Source: the human T2T-CHM13v2.0 reference genome, Homo sapiens
Direction: 5' to 3' (one strand)
NCBI RefSeq assembly: GCF_009914755.1
Contig: NC_060935.1
Length of the DNA stretch: 64,000 bases
Part shown: positions 45,923-60,790 of the stretch, in pieces
How the letters are laid out: every line of letters begins with the position of its first letter
How positions within the stretch are numbered: the stretch's first letter is position 1
Notes under the pieces: model-generated
What the model saw: the letters and a program-made list of their open reading frames with translations, nothing else
Database searches by the model: none
Told to the model about the DNA's origin: nothing
Program-made: the position numbers and the translations under genes

Positions 45923-46836
45923 GTGATAAGACTGGAACATGACTCCAGGTCTTCTATTTCTAAATTATATGTTCTCTGTATGATAACCTGCTTTCCCTTT
46001 CTCTTAGGAGTCTGAATTGGGGCAGCTTCCTGGCCATGATGAGAAAGCCCTAAAGACACAAGGCATCAGAAGCACAGCCCAGCTGCCACTCCCTCTCATT
46101 CTTTATCTCCCCCTTTCCTCTTTTGTCCAGGGCCAAAGTTCTGAGTGACAGCACTTGTGTGGCACTCAGTAGTCCCCAAACAGCCTTCAGTTCTACCATA
46201 AGATCAGCTGATGGATCTCTGGCAGATGAGGTTAAAGAGCAAATCTTCTATGTGCCTGGGGCAGATCCAGCAGCCAGTGACCACCACTTCATATACACTG
46301 CACAATCTTAATAGCAACTCCTGGGCTCCCCGTCCCAACCTGTACCAGCTTAAATAAACCCAGGGTTCTAAGTAAATGAATCTTGAGCTGCAGAGTTTAG
46401 GCACTAAGATGAATTTTACATTCTAACATTAGAAGAAAGGTAATTTTTAAAAAGCCAACACAAAATAGCTGTCATTTGATCAGACCTAGAGACAGTTCTT
46501 CAAACTTTTTTCCCTAATATGGATGCTGCCTTCTTTGCCAAAAGAGTTGTCAGTCACAGCATCATCACCACCACCAACTACTGCAATTTACAAGGAGCTT
46601 TAACTAAGCAGCTTTAACTATGCTTACATTCATCATCTTATTTGCCCCTCCAAACTACCCAATGATGTAAGCAGGGCAGATATTTTTATCCCCATGTTAA
46701 ACATAAGGAAACTGAGGTTCCAGGTTATGGGATGTTACTAGAATACTAATTTTTTTTTTTTTTTTCAAAAAGACTTATACATTGAGAAAAGAGATGAACC
46801 AGAGTAATGGCTTCTGAATACTGAAGTCTTAAAAAT

Positions 46837-47142
46837 TTCTTTCCTTTTTTTTTTCTTTTGTTTGAGACAAGGTCTCACTTTGTCACCCAGGCTGGAGTGC
46901 AGTGGAACGATCTCAGCTCACAGTAGCTTCGACCTCCTGGGTTCAAGCAACATTCCTGCCTCAGTCCTCCAACTAGCTGGGACTTACAGGTGCACACCAC
47001 CATGCCCGGCTAATTTTTTTTTTAGTAGAGATGGGGTTTCACCATGTTGCCCAGACTGGTCTCCATCTCCTGAGCTCAAGCAATCTACCCCCTTGGGCCC
47101 CCAAAGTGCTAAGATTACAGGTGTGAGCCACCGTGCTCGGCC
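46837..47142 (-). repeat. AluJ
   Basis: antisense Alu; TSD AAATTTC. Confidence 0.88.
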
Positions 47143-49359
47143 TAAATTTCATCATTTTTGATCAAACACATTCAGCTTGCTAATGGCAGAGCTTCTGGTT
47201 CAGCACTCTGAGCAAAGGGATGCCAGTGAGGTCCCTGGGCGATTCCATTCAATATTCACAAATACCTAAAAGGGCAGGTTAGGTATCACCACACCAGGCT
47301 CCAAATGAAGAAAGTAAGGTCCCTAAAGAACGGTGATTTACCTATAACCTCAGTCAGCTCCTGTGTTCCCCGCACACCACCACCCTTTTGATCTCTTTCC
47401 ACTACTCCAGGCTCATCCTTGCCAAACAAAGGCTGCCTATTAAACGCTGGCTCCCCAAACCCATTTGGAGATTGCAAAGTCCTCTGGCTTTACTCGCTGT
47501 CCCTGGCTCCCCCGCCACAAAAGCCCTCAGTCAGCTCCATTTCCTGATTCTAACACCCATGAAGAGTCTCATGTCCTATCACTGTGTCTCAAGAAGTATT
47601 TAGCAGGCACAGACACATCCCCTGAAATACCTGTTCTTAGACCTGAATTGCTACCTTGCTCTATGGTAGTATAGAGATGGCCCGGCTGAGAGCCAAGTGG
47701 CTGGTTTCAGGGGAGAACAAAAACTCTCTCTGTTCCACACAAGGGCTTCTGTTTCTCTTCAGGCTACTGAGAAAGTAATTTGGCAAATGAGGTAAACACA
47801 AGCTAGCCTCCATTTTCAAATCCCGCTCTTCCTCCCAGAAGCAGCCCCTTGAAGTTGAATGGCAGCCAGTCTCACTTAGGAAAGGACCAGGGAACATGGA
47901 CAGAAGATGGCAGGGAAGGATGATTCCCGTGAAAGCAGGCTGTGGGTAACCATCCACATAAATAAGCATGTCTTCACAAGCCCTGGGCCAGGAAGTACTT
48001 GGGTTAAGCCCTAAAGAAGTCTGACAGCAAATACAAAAGACTTGATAAGAGAATAAAGTGAGGACCATAGAGAACTGGAGACTGATTTAAGTTCAATGTA
48101 AGACAGTCAACCTACAATGACAGACAAGGCTAGTCAAAATGTAAATGCATCCTATGGTTTCTTGCAGCATTTTTCCATATTAATTTTCTATTCGTATGTA
48201 TTTTGATTGTAATATGAGCAGTGACTCCTGTTGGTTAAACATAAAGGTTCCAATTACTTGGCACAGCAATTTTTTTTGGCATGGCAAGAAGTTCTGGCAT
48301 TATGTGAGTGATGCTTAACAGAACAGTGGGGGTCGGAGCACCCTGATAAATCTGGTTTTCTGACAGTAGTGGTGTTGGTATGCTGAGAGTGTGACAAATC
48401 TGCTCCGTCAGCACTAGCTCTTATCTGGCTATAAAGAGGAGAAGAAACAGCTTAAAATGTAAGAAAAGTATCTGGCCTAAAAGTCTGAGGAGGGACTCTA
48501 TTAAAGATCTTCTCATTGGTATGCTCAGCAGTATCTGCCCCTCTGGACCTTCTGGTTCCTCAATGTGGCTCCCAGAACACTGTAAAAGCGTTACCCTGCA
48601 GGCCTGCAGCCACATTCAGCACTGCCCCCAGGCTTGTAAAGCCACTTACTATCTTTGTTCTAAATACCAGTGTCTGGAGAAAACCAAGGATTCTGGATAA
48701 CCTAATAATGTTCCTAGTTAGGTCTCAAAACTGGAAATTGAAACTCTGAGAATACAAGAAATTGCCTCTTCTTCACCTTCAGCTCCAATTTGGGCCCCAC
48801 AATAAAGAGGTAGCAATCAAGATTTGAAACAGCATCTCTATGTTTCCTCAATTGTTTTTTAAGCTCCTTGTGACTAATTTTACTTAACATTTTCACAAAA
48901 TTGCTCACTTAATGCAAAGCATCATCATTAATGTGGCATTTCTAAGGGGATTGAGAATCTACTGAAATGGTCTTTCAAGCTTGCACTATTTTGACAATAT
49001 CAAGATTTGCAACAGCTCACTGCACATAGGCATTCCTGTGACAGGCCCTTCTTCCAGAATCAGGCCTTGATGAGCCAATCCTCTCTTTAAGTAGAAGATA
49101 TCAACATAACACTAATCAGCTTCCTTCAACATCTGCCCTAAGCAACAAGTCAGCCCAGAGCCCTAGGGTCAGAAGATCTGGGTTCAAACCAGATAAGCCA
49201 CCTCACCTCTCTGAGGCTCCATTCTTCCATTTGCAAATAGGGGATAAAAATGTCCCTCCAAAAGGTTGTTGTGATGATAAAATGAAGGAACATACATGAA
49301 AGAACCTTGCCAAATGTCTGGCATACAGAAGGTACTCAATTAATGTTTGTTGAACCTAA

Positions 49360-50009
49360 CTGTACCTTGACTATAGCAATGACTAACAGGCATCTACATT
49401 TTAACAGGGCAAGAATAGAATGAGCCTCCCTTCCCCGCAAACTCAATACTCCTCCAGGCTTCCCTATTTCCATTAACATCACTATGACCTTGGAATCATC
49501 CTTTACTCCTTTCTTTAACCTCCATGTACAATATGTGAGGCACACAGAACCAAGTCCTATTGCCTCTATCTACGAAATATACGTTGAATTCATCCACACT
49601 CCTCTCCATCTGTACAGCTAGCACCCTACTCATCTCTTAACTAGATACTGCAACAGCCTCCTACCGGCTCTTTCTGCTTCTACCTTGGCCTCTGTTGCAC
49701 CCATTCTCCTCACTGGATGCCTCCTGGATCTTTTAAAATATAAGCTAGACCATGTCACCCTCCTCCATTAAACTCTACGATAGCTCTACTTTACACACAG
49801 AGTAAAAAATAAGCTCCTTACCTTAGCTTACAAAATGCTAAGATGCCTTGACTCCTGCCTGGTTCCATCTTCGTCTAGTACCATTCTTCCCCTTGTCCAT
49901 GCTGGCCCAGCCACACTGGCCTTTTTGTTCCTTGAACACCAAGCTCTTTCCTACTTAACAGTCTTAGTACTAGCTGTCCTTGCAGCCTGGATGCTCTTTC
50001 CTCCGGATA
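49360..50009 (+). repeat. L2 remnant
   Basis: CCTTGGAATCATCCTTTACTCC...CTGCAACAGCCTCCTACC...CCAGCCACACTGGCCTTTTTGTTCCTTGAACAC, typical L2. Confidence 0.7.
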
Positions 50010-50166
50010 TTTGAGATGGAGTCTCACTCTTTCACCCAGGCTGGAGTGCAGTGGCACAATCGCAGCTCACTGCAACTTCCGCCTCCCAGGTTCAAGGCGA
50101 TTCTCCCTCTTCCACTTCACAAAGAGCTGGGATTACAGGCATGCACCACCACGCCCAGCTAATTTT
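50010..50166 (-). repeat. Alu right-arm fragment
   Basis: TTTGAGATGGAGTCTCACTC...CCACGCCCAGCTAATTTT. Confidence 0.8.
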
Positions 50167-53100
50167 GCCTCTAAATGAACTAGCTAGCCCTACAGAAATC
50201 TGGACTCAAGTAACAGAGACAAGAACCTAATGGTCATCAGCCATCAGAAGGCAGTTGGCTTCTATTCTTACTGCCAGTGCAAGGATGAGACACCAACATG
50301 CCAAGAACACTTCATCCTTGGCTCTCCTGAACTGTGTTACAATATAATTTGGAGAAATTAGCCCTCCCCTACAACTTCCTCAACTCCCCTGTAAAGGAGG
50401 GTTAATACACCCCACTGAGAAAATCAAAGAAAGGAATGCAAACACCTGATAGGAAATTACTGCGTGATTAAAAACACACAGAAGGATAATATAAACATCA
50501 CCTGTATCTCCTTTGCGTGAACTGGGAGAGTGTTTTGGCATGAAACCTACAATTTGGTGACTGATTATATCCTCGCTAGTATTGCTCTCTGCTTATTTCA
50601 TGTGTGTTTGTTCTCCTCCCTGTCCCCTCCCTTCAAGTAAGATCCAAGGGTTGGGAGGAGTCATTCCTTACTCCTTACTTATCTCCTACAGCAAAGAAGA
50701 ATATTCATGGAGTAGGCACTTGAACCCCTTTACTTCAAAACAGCCTGAGCACAGACACATCACCTTCAGGGAGAGGCTGTGCAGAACCGATGTCATTTTC
50801 TGATTTCAGCAGCACCATGCATCACAGAGCCCTCAAAGATACGGGGAGGCAGAAGGCCACAGGCTCTGAAGACTCCACCAGCCCTGGAGAGCATAGAGCA
50901 GGGCAACTCTAGACCTTCCCCATTCCCATACCGTCCACATCTGGCACACACTCCATACCAATGTGGGCAGCGACATGGAAACCCTGTCCAACTCCAGACC
51001 CCCCACCTGAGGGGCAGTTAGTAACCGTGTTCAGTGTCCAAATGTGCCAAAGGGAACAGAGCCTGGCACAGGCAGAGCTGGGCATGAGGGAGTCACAAAA
51101 TTAACTGAGCAAACTTAAAGCCCTCACAACTTGCAAAGAGGGAAGTCCGTCTTTTCCAAGCTCTAGATTTAACAGTCTTCTGGCATGATTTGCAAACCTC
51201 TACATTTCATTAGGTTCTCTTAAGTTCTCCAGAGTTCTGCAGATCCACTCAATGGCCAATTCATTTTGCAAAGTACTCTTCTGACTGAGTCACCAACACC
51301 GCAAGACTGTCTGGCCCCTGAGTTCCCACATGGAGCCCCATGACTTGGGGTTGCTACTTGGTGAATAGAAAGTTTTAATTTTGATTTCACAGGATCCCAG
51401 CAGCCATGAGAACATTAAAGCCAAGATTCTGATAGAATGAGCAAATCAAACTCAGAGAGCCCTTTCCTAATTTTCTTTTTTAAGGAAGTTGGCAGAGGGG
51501 CAATGTGACAGGAGCTGAGTACCAGCTTTGTCACTACCAGCTAGCTCTACAGCCCAGGCAACTACTCAACCTCCCTGGGCCTCAGTTTCCTCATCTGTAA
51601 AATGGGGGGTGCAGGTAGGTTCTCCATCTAGAAAGGCCACACAGGCCTGCAGGAAGCCCAGGCAGATCAGAGCCACACAAACTGGAATTCAAATCCCAGC
51701 TCTGCCACACACTGGTAGTGCATGACCTTGAGCGAGTTAGTGGCTTTTCTGAGTTTATCTGTAAAGAAAAGATTAATTCCGACTCTGCATTGTTGTTATA
51801 AAGAACACTGATAACATCCCAGCCCACAGTAGACACTTCAACCTTCAGTGCCTGCTATATTTATCTTCTGCTAACTCTAAAACTGCACTCCAATAGAGTT
51901 GTTTTGCCTTTTTCCACATTGCAGACTCCAGCATGTTCAGCCTGCTCTAGGACAGAGGCTCAAGAACACGCTTTCTTTTCTTCCCTTTGAGTTAAGGCAC
52001 AGCACCCAGCCTCCTGTTTAAATTTCTATTTAAAGAACTCACCTGGCAGGCAAAGTGGTTTAAGATCAAGAGGCACCTTCCACCAGCCACACTTCCATCC
52101 CCGACAGGTTCAGAAACTGCGGCCCGAGAAAAGCCGCATTCTATAGAAGTTTTCAAACCTGTCCTGTGAAACATTTTTAATCTTAGAACACCCAGTTTTA
52201 TGCTTCCATTTAGTACACTTAAATAAGTCAGTTTCCCCAACTGTAAAATGAGAAGGCTGGAGCAGGAGATGTTTCCAGGATGTTCCCTCCAGCTGTAGCA
52301 TTTTAAGATGCTGCGGTTCATCTCAGACTGTCATCCACAGAGCTACAGACTGAAATGTAACAACACTACACACAACTGCAAACACAGAGACAGAGGCAGA
52401 CCAGTTGTCCTCCCCAACCTCACTTGCCAACAAAATACTCTGTAATAACATCAGGGAGGTGTAGTTAATGATACTTATGTCTTATTTATGCCCAATTACA
52501 TTGGATGGTGGTTGTTTTTATTTAATTGTAGGTGCTCCCAACCATCGAAAACTCCCTTTCTCTCAGTCATTACTTGACTTTCATGAATCAGAATATACCA
52601 CAGCAAACTGAATCCCTATGAAACCAGTACAGGACTAACCTGCTTTCTTGTTCTTACCGGAAAAGGCAGGGGACACACTCACCCTCCCTTTGGGCTCCAC
52701 GTTCGGATAGTGTCTTCCCCAGCTGCACCACCTTATTAAATCTTAGGTTCAGGTCAGACAGGGAGGGAGACTCCCAGCCTGCCTGCTGTCTCTCAATTTC
52801 GGTTCTTGAGCAGCTGCCTCCCAAGGTGTTACAAATCCAGCAGCCACTTGTTCCTGCTCATTCATTCTCGTTCCTCTCCACCCCCCACACAAAATCTGGC
52901 AACCAGGCAGGAACACAGTTCCAGCTCTGAGTCACTGCCCCACTGTGGCCAAGGGGAGCAGTGGCTAGAGGTAATCAACCAGGCAAGCACTTCATGTCTC
53001 TAGAATCCAATTCTTCCGTTCTTTGAGACCGTGGGGTTGGCTGCCCTTCTAGAATCAGGACATAAAGAAACACCCCTATCTACAGCTCTGGAGTCAGAAC

Positions 53101-55701
53101 AAATTGCTCATTCAGGTTTGCCCTACCATGCTGAGCTGAAATCAGCCCCAAAACAGAGCCTATCTTTGGTGAAGAAACAATGGCTCCTTATCAATATTTC
53201 ATACCAGTCAGGGCAGGGAAAGGTTTGAGTGGTTACAGGTCAGCAAACCCACTCCCCCTGGTAACAATGATTCTTTCATCAATGCTTGGGATGGCTAAGG
53301 TTCTCTCAGCACCGATTTAACCATGTGGCACTCACTCCCAGAACAGGTCTGAAAACGAGAAGGGCAGAGGGGTTAAAAAGAGAAACCAGGCACCAAAGTG
53401 AAAGATCAACACTGTGGCTCTTTTCATTGCAAGCTACGTAGTTCTACAAGTCACAGTGCAGGTGACACTTGAATATGAGCTCCATGGGGCAGAGACTAGT
53501 GTTTTCACAGCTATGTTCCAGGGCTTAGCATAGTGCCTGGCACATAGTAGGTATTCCACAAATATTTGAATGAAAAAAATACAAGGGGTTTTGTCCTGAG
53601 TCCACTTAGGATGACTGTATTACTAAAACTCGTATCCATCTTTTCCCTTTTAGAAACCTCCATATCCTTCATAACTCCTAATACTACCTGTAGTGAATGT
53701 TCCATAAATCTTTAAATGTGGAGATGATTTACTGTTAAACCAAAGAAGCTCAAGCTTTAGGGCCCCTCACTTTCACAAGCCTCCTCCAGGCCCCAGGAAG
53801 AGCCCTACCAATGTGTTTACATGCTTTCTGCAATTTTATGTATTTTTAAAGAAAGCTCCCCAAACTATCATATTAAACACCAAGCCCTACAAAATACCGA
53901 ATTGCCATAGCAGAATGAATGAATGACTCACAAGCCATGCTGGCATATTATCCTAACAAGGGCATTTGCTTGGACAGAACTGTTTTGGTCACAGAAGAGG
54001 TATACCCTAGCCTACAGACACAGCCTAATTAATCACAAGTCCATCACTAAAAAGACTGGATTAGGTTTAAGAGCACAAACCCCACACATTCAACACTTAT
54101 TAAAGCCCAACTATTTGCTTAGCCCTCTGAGTGCTTTGGAGAAAAATAATGATTAGATCATAATCACCCCCACAGAATAGTAGCTTATAATCCAATAGAA
54201 TAGACTGATATGGTCATAAGTACATATAAATATATATTTCATATGTATATACACATATTCACACACACACACAGAGTTCAGAGTGGGTGTCGTCATAGAA
54301 AAGCAAAGCAGACCTACTTGCTATGTATCAACCTAAAAGGCATAACACCCTAGAAGGTAAATTATATTATCTTCATTTCACAAAAGAGGAAACTGAGGCC
54401 CAAAGGAGTCAAGGGCCGTTCTAAGATCATATAACAAGCAAGTGGCAAGGTCAAAATCCAAGTCCAGATCTGCCTAACTCCAAAGTGTGGGCTTGTTTCT
54501 AGTGGCTACATGTCAGTCAATGGCTAGTTGCTGTATAGAACCTCCAAAATGTCTTGGGAGATACACTGGCTTTGGAGGTAGAGAAACCACATCGGGCACC
54601 AGCAGAAGTTGGCAAGCTTCGAAGACTCACACTCTTAAGAGTGGAGGAACAGGAAATGCGAGGAGCTTATTCATCAGTTATATAGAAATAATCCTTGTTC
54701 ACCAGGAAACACCCTAGCAGGAATTAGTGACAGCTATCTTGGGAGCCAGCAGGGGCCACATGAGAGGCTGCCACCCTGTGGCTTTGTCTCCAAATTTCCT
54801 CATCCTTGTTACCAGTTTAAGCATGCTGGAGCACTGCTCTTGTTCCATTATCTCCTGCCCAAACACCCTCCATGGCTCCTCATGTTAAAGCCTCTTTATC
54901 TCTCACTGCTTCCTGATACTCTTGGCTTCTGTCAACTTTAACTGCCCACCAGTCCCCAAGTCACCCTTTCTTTTCTACCTCTGGGCTTTGGCTCCTTCTG
55001 TCCTTTTCCCTAAGGATTTCTGCCCAATCTTCAAGGCTCCTTCTCTTCCAAGTAGCCCTTCCTAATCACGCCAGACCACTCTAATTTCCTCCTTCCTCAA
55101 CATTCTTAGCACTGAAGGCTTACACTCTTCAGTATTAATATATAGCAAGACTCCCCAATTGTAACATAGAGGAATTATACTTCCCAACAGCTCTTTTCAT
55201 TTTACTTTTCAAAAATTATTTAAGTACTGCATGCTACAGAAGGGTATGAACTAAAAAGCAGTTCCTTTTCCTGCCTCCAATTCAGTGTCAATCCCAGGGG
55301 CAACTACCTTTATCAGTTTCTTGTATATCCTTTTCGGGTTTTGCACTTACAAAATTTTTATGAACTTAAAATTTTATATATATATCTTTTTAGAAAAAAA
55401 TTCACAAATAGAATAAAATTGTACATATCATTCTATAACTTGCTTTTTACTTTACATATATATCTTGGACTCCTCCATATCCATACACAAGGATGAACAT
55501 AAACAGCCCCCTCCACACACAGGTTTCCCTAGGACTCCCACACCACTCCAGTCCTTTGAGAGATGATCCACAGGCCCATCCCATATGCCAACCTATCCCA
55601 ATATGCATCAGAGACTTCAAATTCATGACCTGAAAACCAATTTGTCCCCCAAACTAGTTTTATTTGAGCTACTCAGATTGTAAAAAATCAGCCAAAGTTT
55701 A

Positions 55702-58096
<2,395 letters not shown>

Positions 58097-58414
58097 GCCC
58101 ACAATTACTACATGGTCAGACCAGAATGATATTGATTTACTTGCCCCCAACAATAACATGTGACAACAGTGTATTTCTTCATTCATTTAACAAATATTTG
58201 AGAGCCAACTAGATGCCAATCCCCTAGTGTCTTACACATGAAAGGCAAGTAATCAATAAGAGGGATTAGGGGCGTTAAGGGTGTGTAACAGCTTAGTTTC
58301 TATATATCCTGCCAAAAGATGAACAAAATAACAGTTTTTCTGATTCAGATTAGCAAATGATAACCTGTCTTAGGAGCTATAACTTCTCAGTTTATCAGTT
58401 TATTAAGCCAAGTT

Positions 58415-58588
58415 GAGAAAATTGAAAAACAACACAAATCAGAAAAACAATTCAGGATATGAAAGAAGAGCAATATTATTTTTAAAAATCAGACAGAACT
58501 TCTGGAAATGAAAATTTCATTGAAGGAATCACAAAATACAGTCAAAGAGCTTCAACAATAGGCTAGGCCAAGCAGAAGAAAGAATTTT
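58415..58588 (+). mobile_element. Old L1 ORF1 fragment (coiled-coil region), left part
   Basis: A-rich ORF1-like sequence GAACTTCTGGAAATGAAAA...CTTCAACAATAGGCTAGGCCAAGCAGAAGAAAGAATTT. Confidence 0.7.
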
Positions 58589-58663
58589 AGATTGCTTAAG
58601 CCCAGGAGTTCAAGACCAGCATGGGCAATATGGCAAAACCCCATCTCTACTAAAAATATAAAC
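58589..58663 (+). repeat. Host Alu, left part (5'-truncated), interrupted by the SVA in its A-rich linker
   Basis: GATTGCTTAAGCCCAGGAGTTCAAGACCAGC...CTCTACTAAAAATATAAAC. Confidence 0.8.
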
Positions 58664-60226
58664 CTCAACCTCTCCCTCTCCCTCTCCCCACGGTCTCCCT
58701 CTCCCTCTCCCCACGGTCTGCCTCTCCCTCTCCCCACGGTCTGCCTCTCCCTCTCTTTCCACGGTCTCCCTCCGATGCCGAGTCGAAGCTGGACTGTACT
58801 GCCGCCATCTCGGCTCACTGCAACCTCCCTGCCTGATTCTCCTGCCTCAGCCTGCCCAGTGCCTGGGATTGCAGGCGCGCACCACCACGCCTGACTGGCT
58901 TTCGTATTTTTTTGGTGGAGACGGGGTTTCGCTGTGTTGGCCGGGCTGGTCTCCAGCTCCTAACCGCGAGTGATCTGCCAGCCTCAGCCTCCCGAAGTGC
59001 TGGAATTGCAGACGGAGTCTCGTTCACTCAATGCTCAATGTTGCCCAGGCTGGAGTGCAGTGGCATGATCTTGGCTGGCTACAACCTCCACCTCCCAGCC
59101 GCCTGCCTTGGCCTCCCAAAGTGCCGAGATTCCAGCCTCTGCCCAGCCGCCACCCCGTCTGGGAAGTGAGGAGCGTCTCTGCCTGGCCGCCCATCATCTG
59201 GGATGTGAGGAGCCCCTCTGCCTGGCTGCCTAGTCTGGGAAGTGAGGAGTGCCTCTTCCCGGCTGCCATCCCGTCTAGGAAGTGAGGAGCTCTCTGCCCG
59301 GCCGCCCATCGTCTGAGATGTGGGGAGCACCTCTGCCCCGCCGCCCCGTCTGGGATGTGAGGAGCGCCTCTGCCTGGCCGCCACCCCATTCTGGGAGGTG
59401 AGGAGCATCTCTGCCCGGCCGCCCCATCTGAGAAGTGAGGAGCCCCTCCGCCTGGCAGCCGCCCCATCTGAGAAGTGAGGAGCCCCTCCACCCGGCAGCC
59501 GTCCCCCTCTGGGAAGTGAGGAGCCCCTCCGCCCAGCAGCCGCCCCATCTGGGAAGAGAGGAGCGCCTCCACCCAGCAGCCGCCCCGTCCAGGAGGGAGG
59601 TGGGGGGCAGTCCCTGCCCGGCTGCCCCTTCTGGGAAGTGAGGAGACCCTCTGCCCGGCCAGCACCCCGTCTGGGAGGTGTACCCAACAGCTCATTGAGA
59701 GCGGGCCAATGATGACGATGGCGGTTTTGTTGAGTAGAGGGGGGGGAAATGTGGGGAGGGGATGGAGAGGTCGGATTGTTGCTGTGTCTGTGTAGAGGGA
59801 AGTAGACATAGGAGACTCCATTTTGTTCTGTACTAAGAAAAATTCTTCTGCCTTGGGATGCTGTTAATCTATAACCTTACCCCCAAACCCGTGCTCTCTG
59901 AAACATGTGCTGTGTCCACTCAGGGTTAAATGGATTAAGGGCGGTGCAAGATGTCCTTTGTTAAACAGATGCTTGAAGGCAGCAGCATGCTCCTTAAGAG
60001 TCATCACCACTCCCTAATCTCAAGTACCCAGGGACACAAACACTGCGCAAGGCCGCAGGGTCCTCTGCCTAGGAAAACCAGAGACCCTTGTTCACTTGTT
60101 TATCTGCTGACCTTCCCTCCACTATTGTCCTATGACCCTGCCAAATCCCCCTCTGCGAGAAACACCCAAGAATGATCAATAAATACTAAAAAAAAATAAA
60201 AATTAAAAAAATTAAAAAAAATAAAA
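58664..60226 (+). mobile_element. SVA retrotransposon, near full length, older subfamily (SVA_A/B-like)
   Basis: (CCCTCT)n head, antisense Alu-like domain, GC-rich VNTR (~59150-59680), HERV-K-derived SINE-R, AATAAA 60178-60183, poly(A) 60188-60226. Confidence 0.95.
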
Positions 60227-60314
60227 TTCAAGAGGGGGAAGATAAAAAAAAAAAGAAAGAAACCCTGTCTCTACTAAAAATTAAAAAAAAAAAAAAATTA
60301 GCCAGTGTGGTGAT

Positions 60315-60738
60315 TGTCAGGCCTCTGAGCTGAAGCTCAGCTATTGTAACCCCTGTGACCTGCACATATACACCCAGATGGCCTGAAGGAGCCAAGAAGT
60401 CTGGGGCAGCCGAAAAACCACAAAAGAAGTAAAACAGCCAGTTCCTGCCTTAACTGATTAACCAACATTACAACATTCCACCATTGTGACTTGTCCCTGC
60501 CCCACCTTAACCGATCAATCAACTTGTGACATTCTTCTTCTGGATAATAAGTCTTATGATCTCCCCACCATGTACCTTGTGACCTCCTCCTCTGCTAACA
60601 ATAGCTGACCATCTTTTACCGTAATTTTCCATTACCTACCCAACTCCTATAAAGCAACCCCTTCCCCATCTCCCTTCGCTGACTCCTTTCTCAGACTCAG
60701 TCCACCTGCACCCAGGTGAATTAAAAGCTTTATTGCTC
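60315..60738 (+). mobile_element. HERV-H LTR (LTR7 family, LTR7C-like): U3+R only, ends at its poly(A) site with an A29 tail, no U5
   Basis: Starts TGTCAGGCCTCTGAGC...CCCCTGTGACCTGCAC...CAGATGGCC; TATA-like CCTATAAA ~60646; ATTAAA 60720-60725, then TTGCTC and poly(A) 60739-60767. Confidence 0.85.
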
Positions 60739-60789
<51 letters not shown>

Positions 60790-60790
60790 T

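Noticed and set aside
59150-59680. CRISPR-like or novel repeat array
   Set aside because: Degenerate ~35-50 bp tandem units without unique spacers: the standard SVA VNTR in eukaryotic DNA.
59024-59821. Longest ORFs in the track (265 aa and 202 aa, minus strand)
   Set aside because: Antisense readings of the GC-rich SVA VNTR/SINE-R, which is naturally stop-poor; repetitive peptide and no gene context.
58637-60281. 22-bp near-repeat AAACCC(CA/TG)TCTCTACTAAAAAT as the SVA target-site duplication
   Set aside because: It is generic Alu sequence and would leave the second Alu right-arm start and the U5-less, polyadenylated LTR unexplained. The transduction model covers all of these, but this alternative is not excluded without orthologues.
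60315-60767. Ordinary HERV-H solo LTR
   Set aside because: No U5 or terminal CA and no short integrase TSD; it ends in poly(A) just after ATTAAA.
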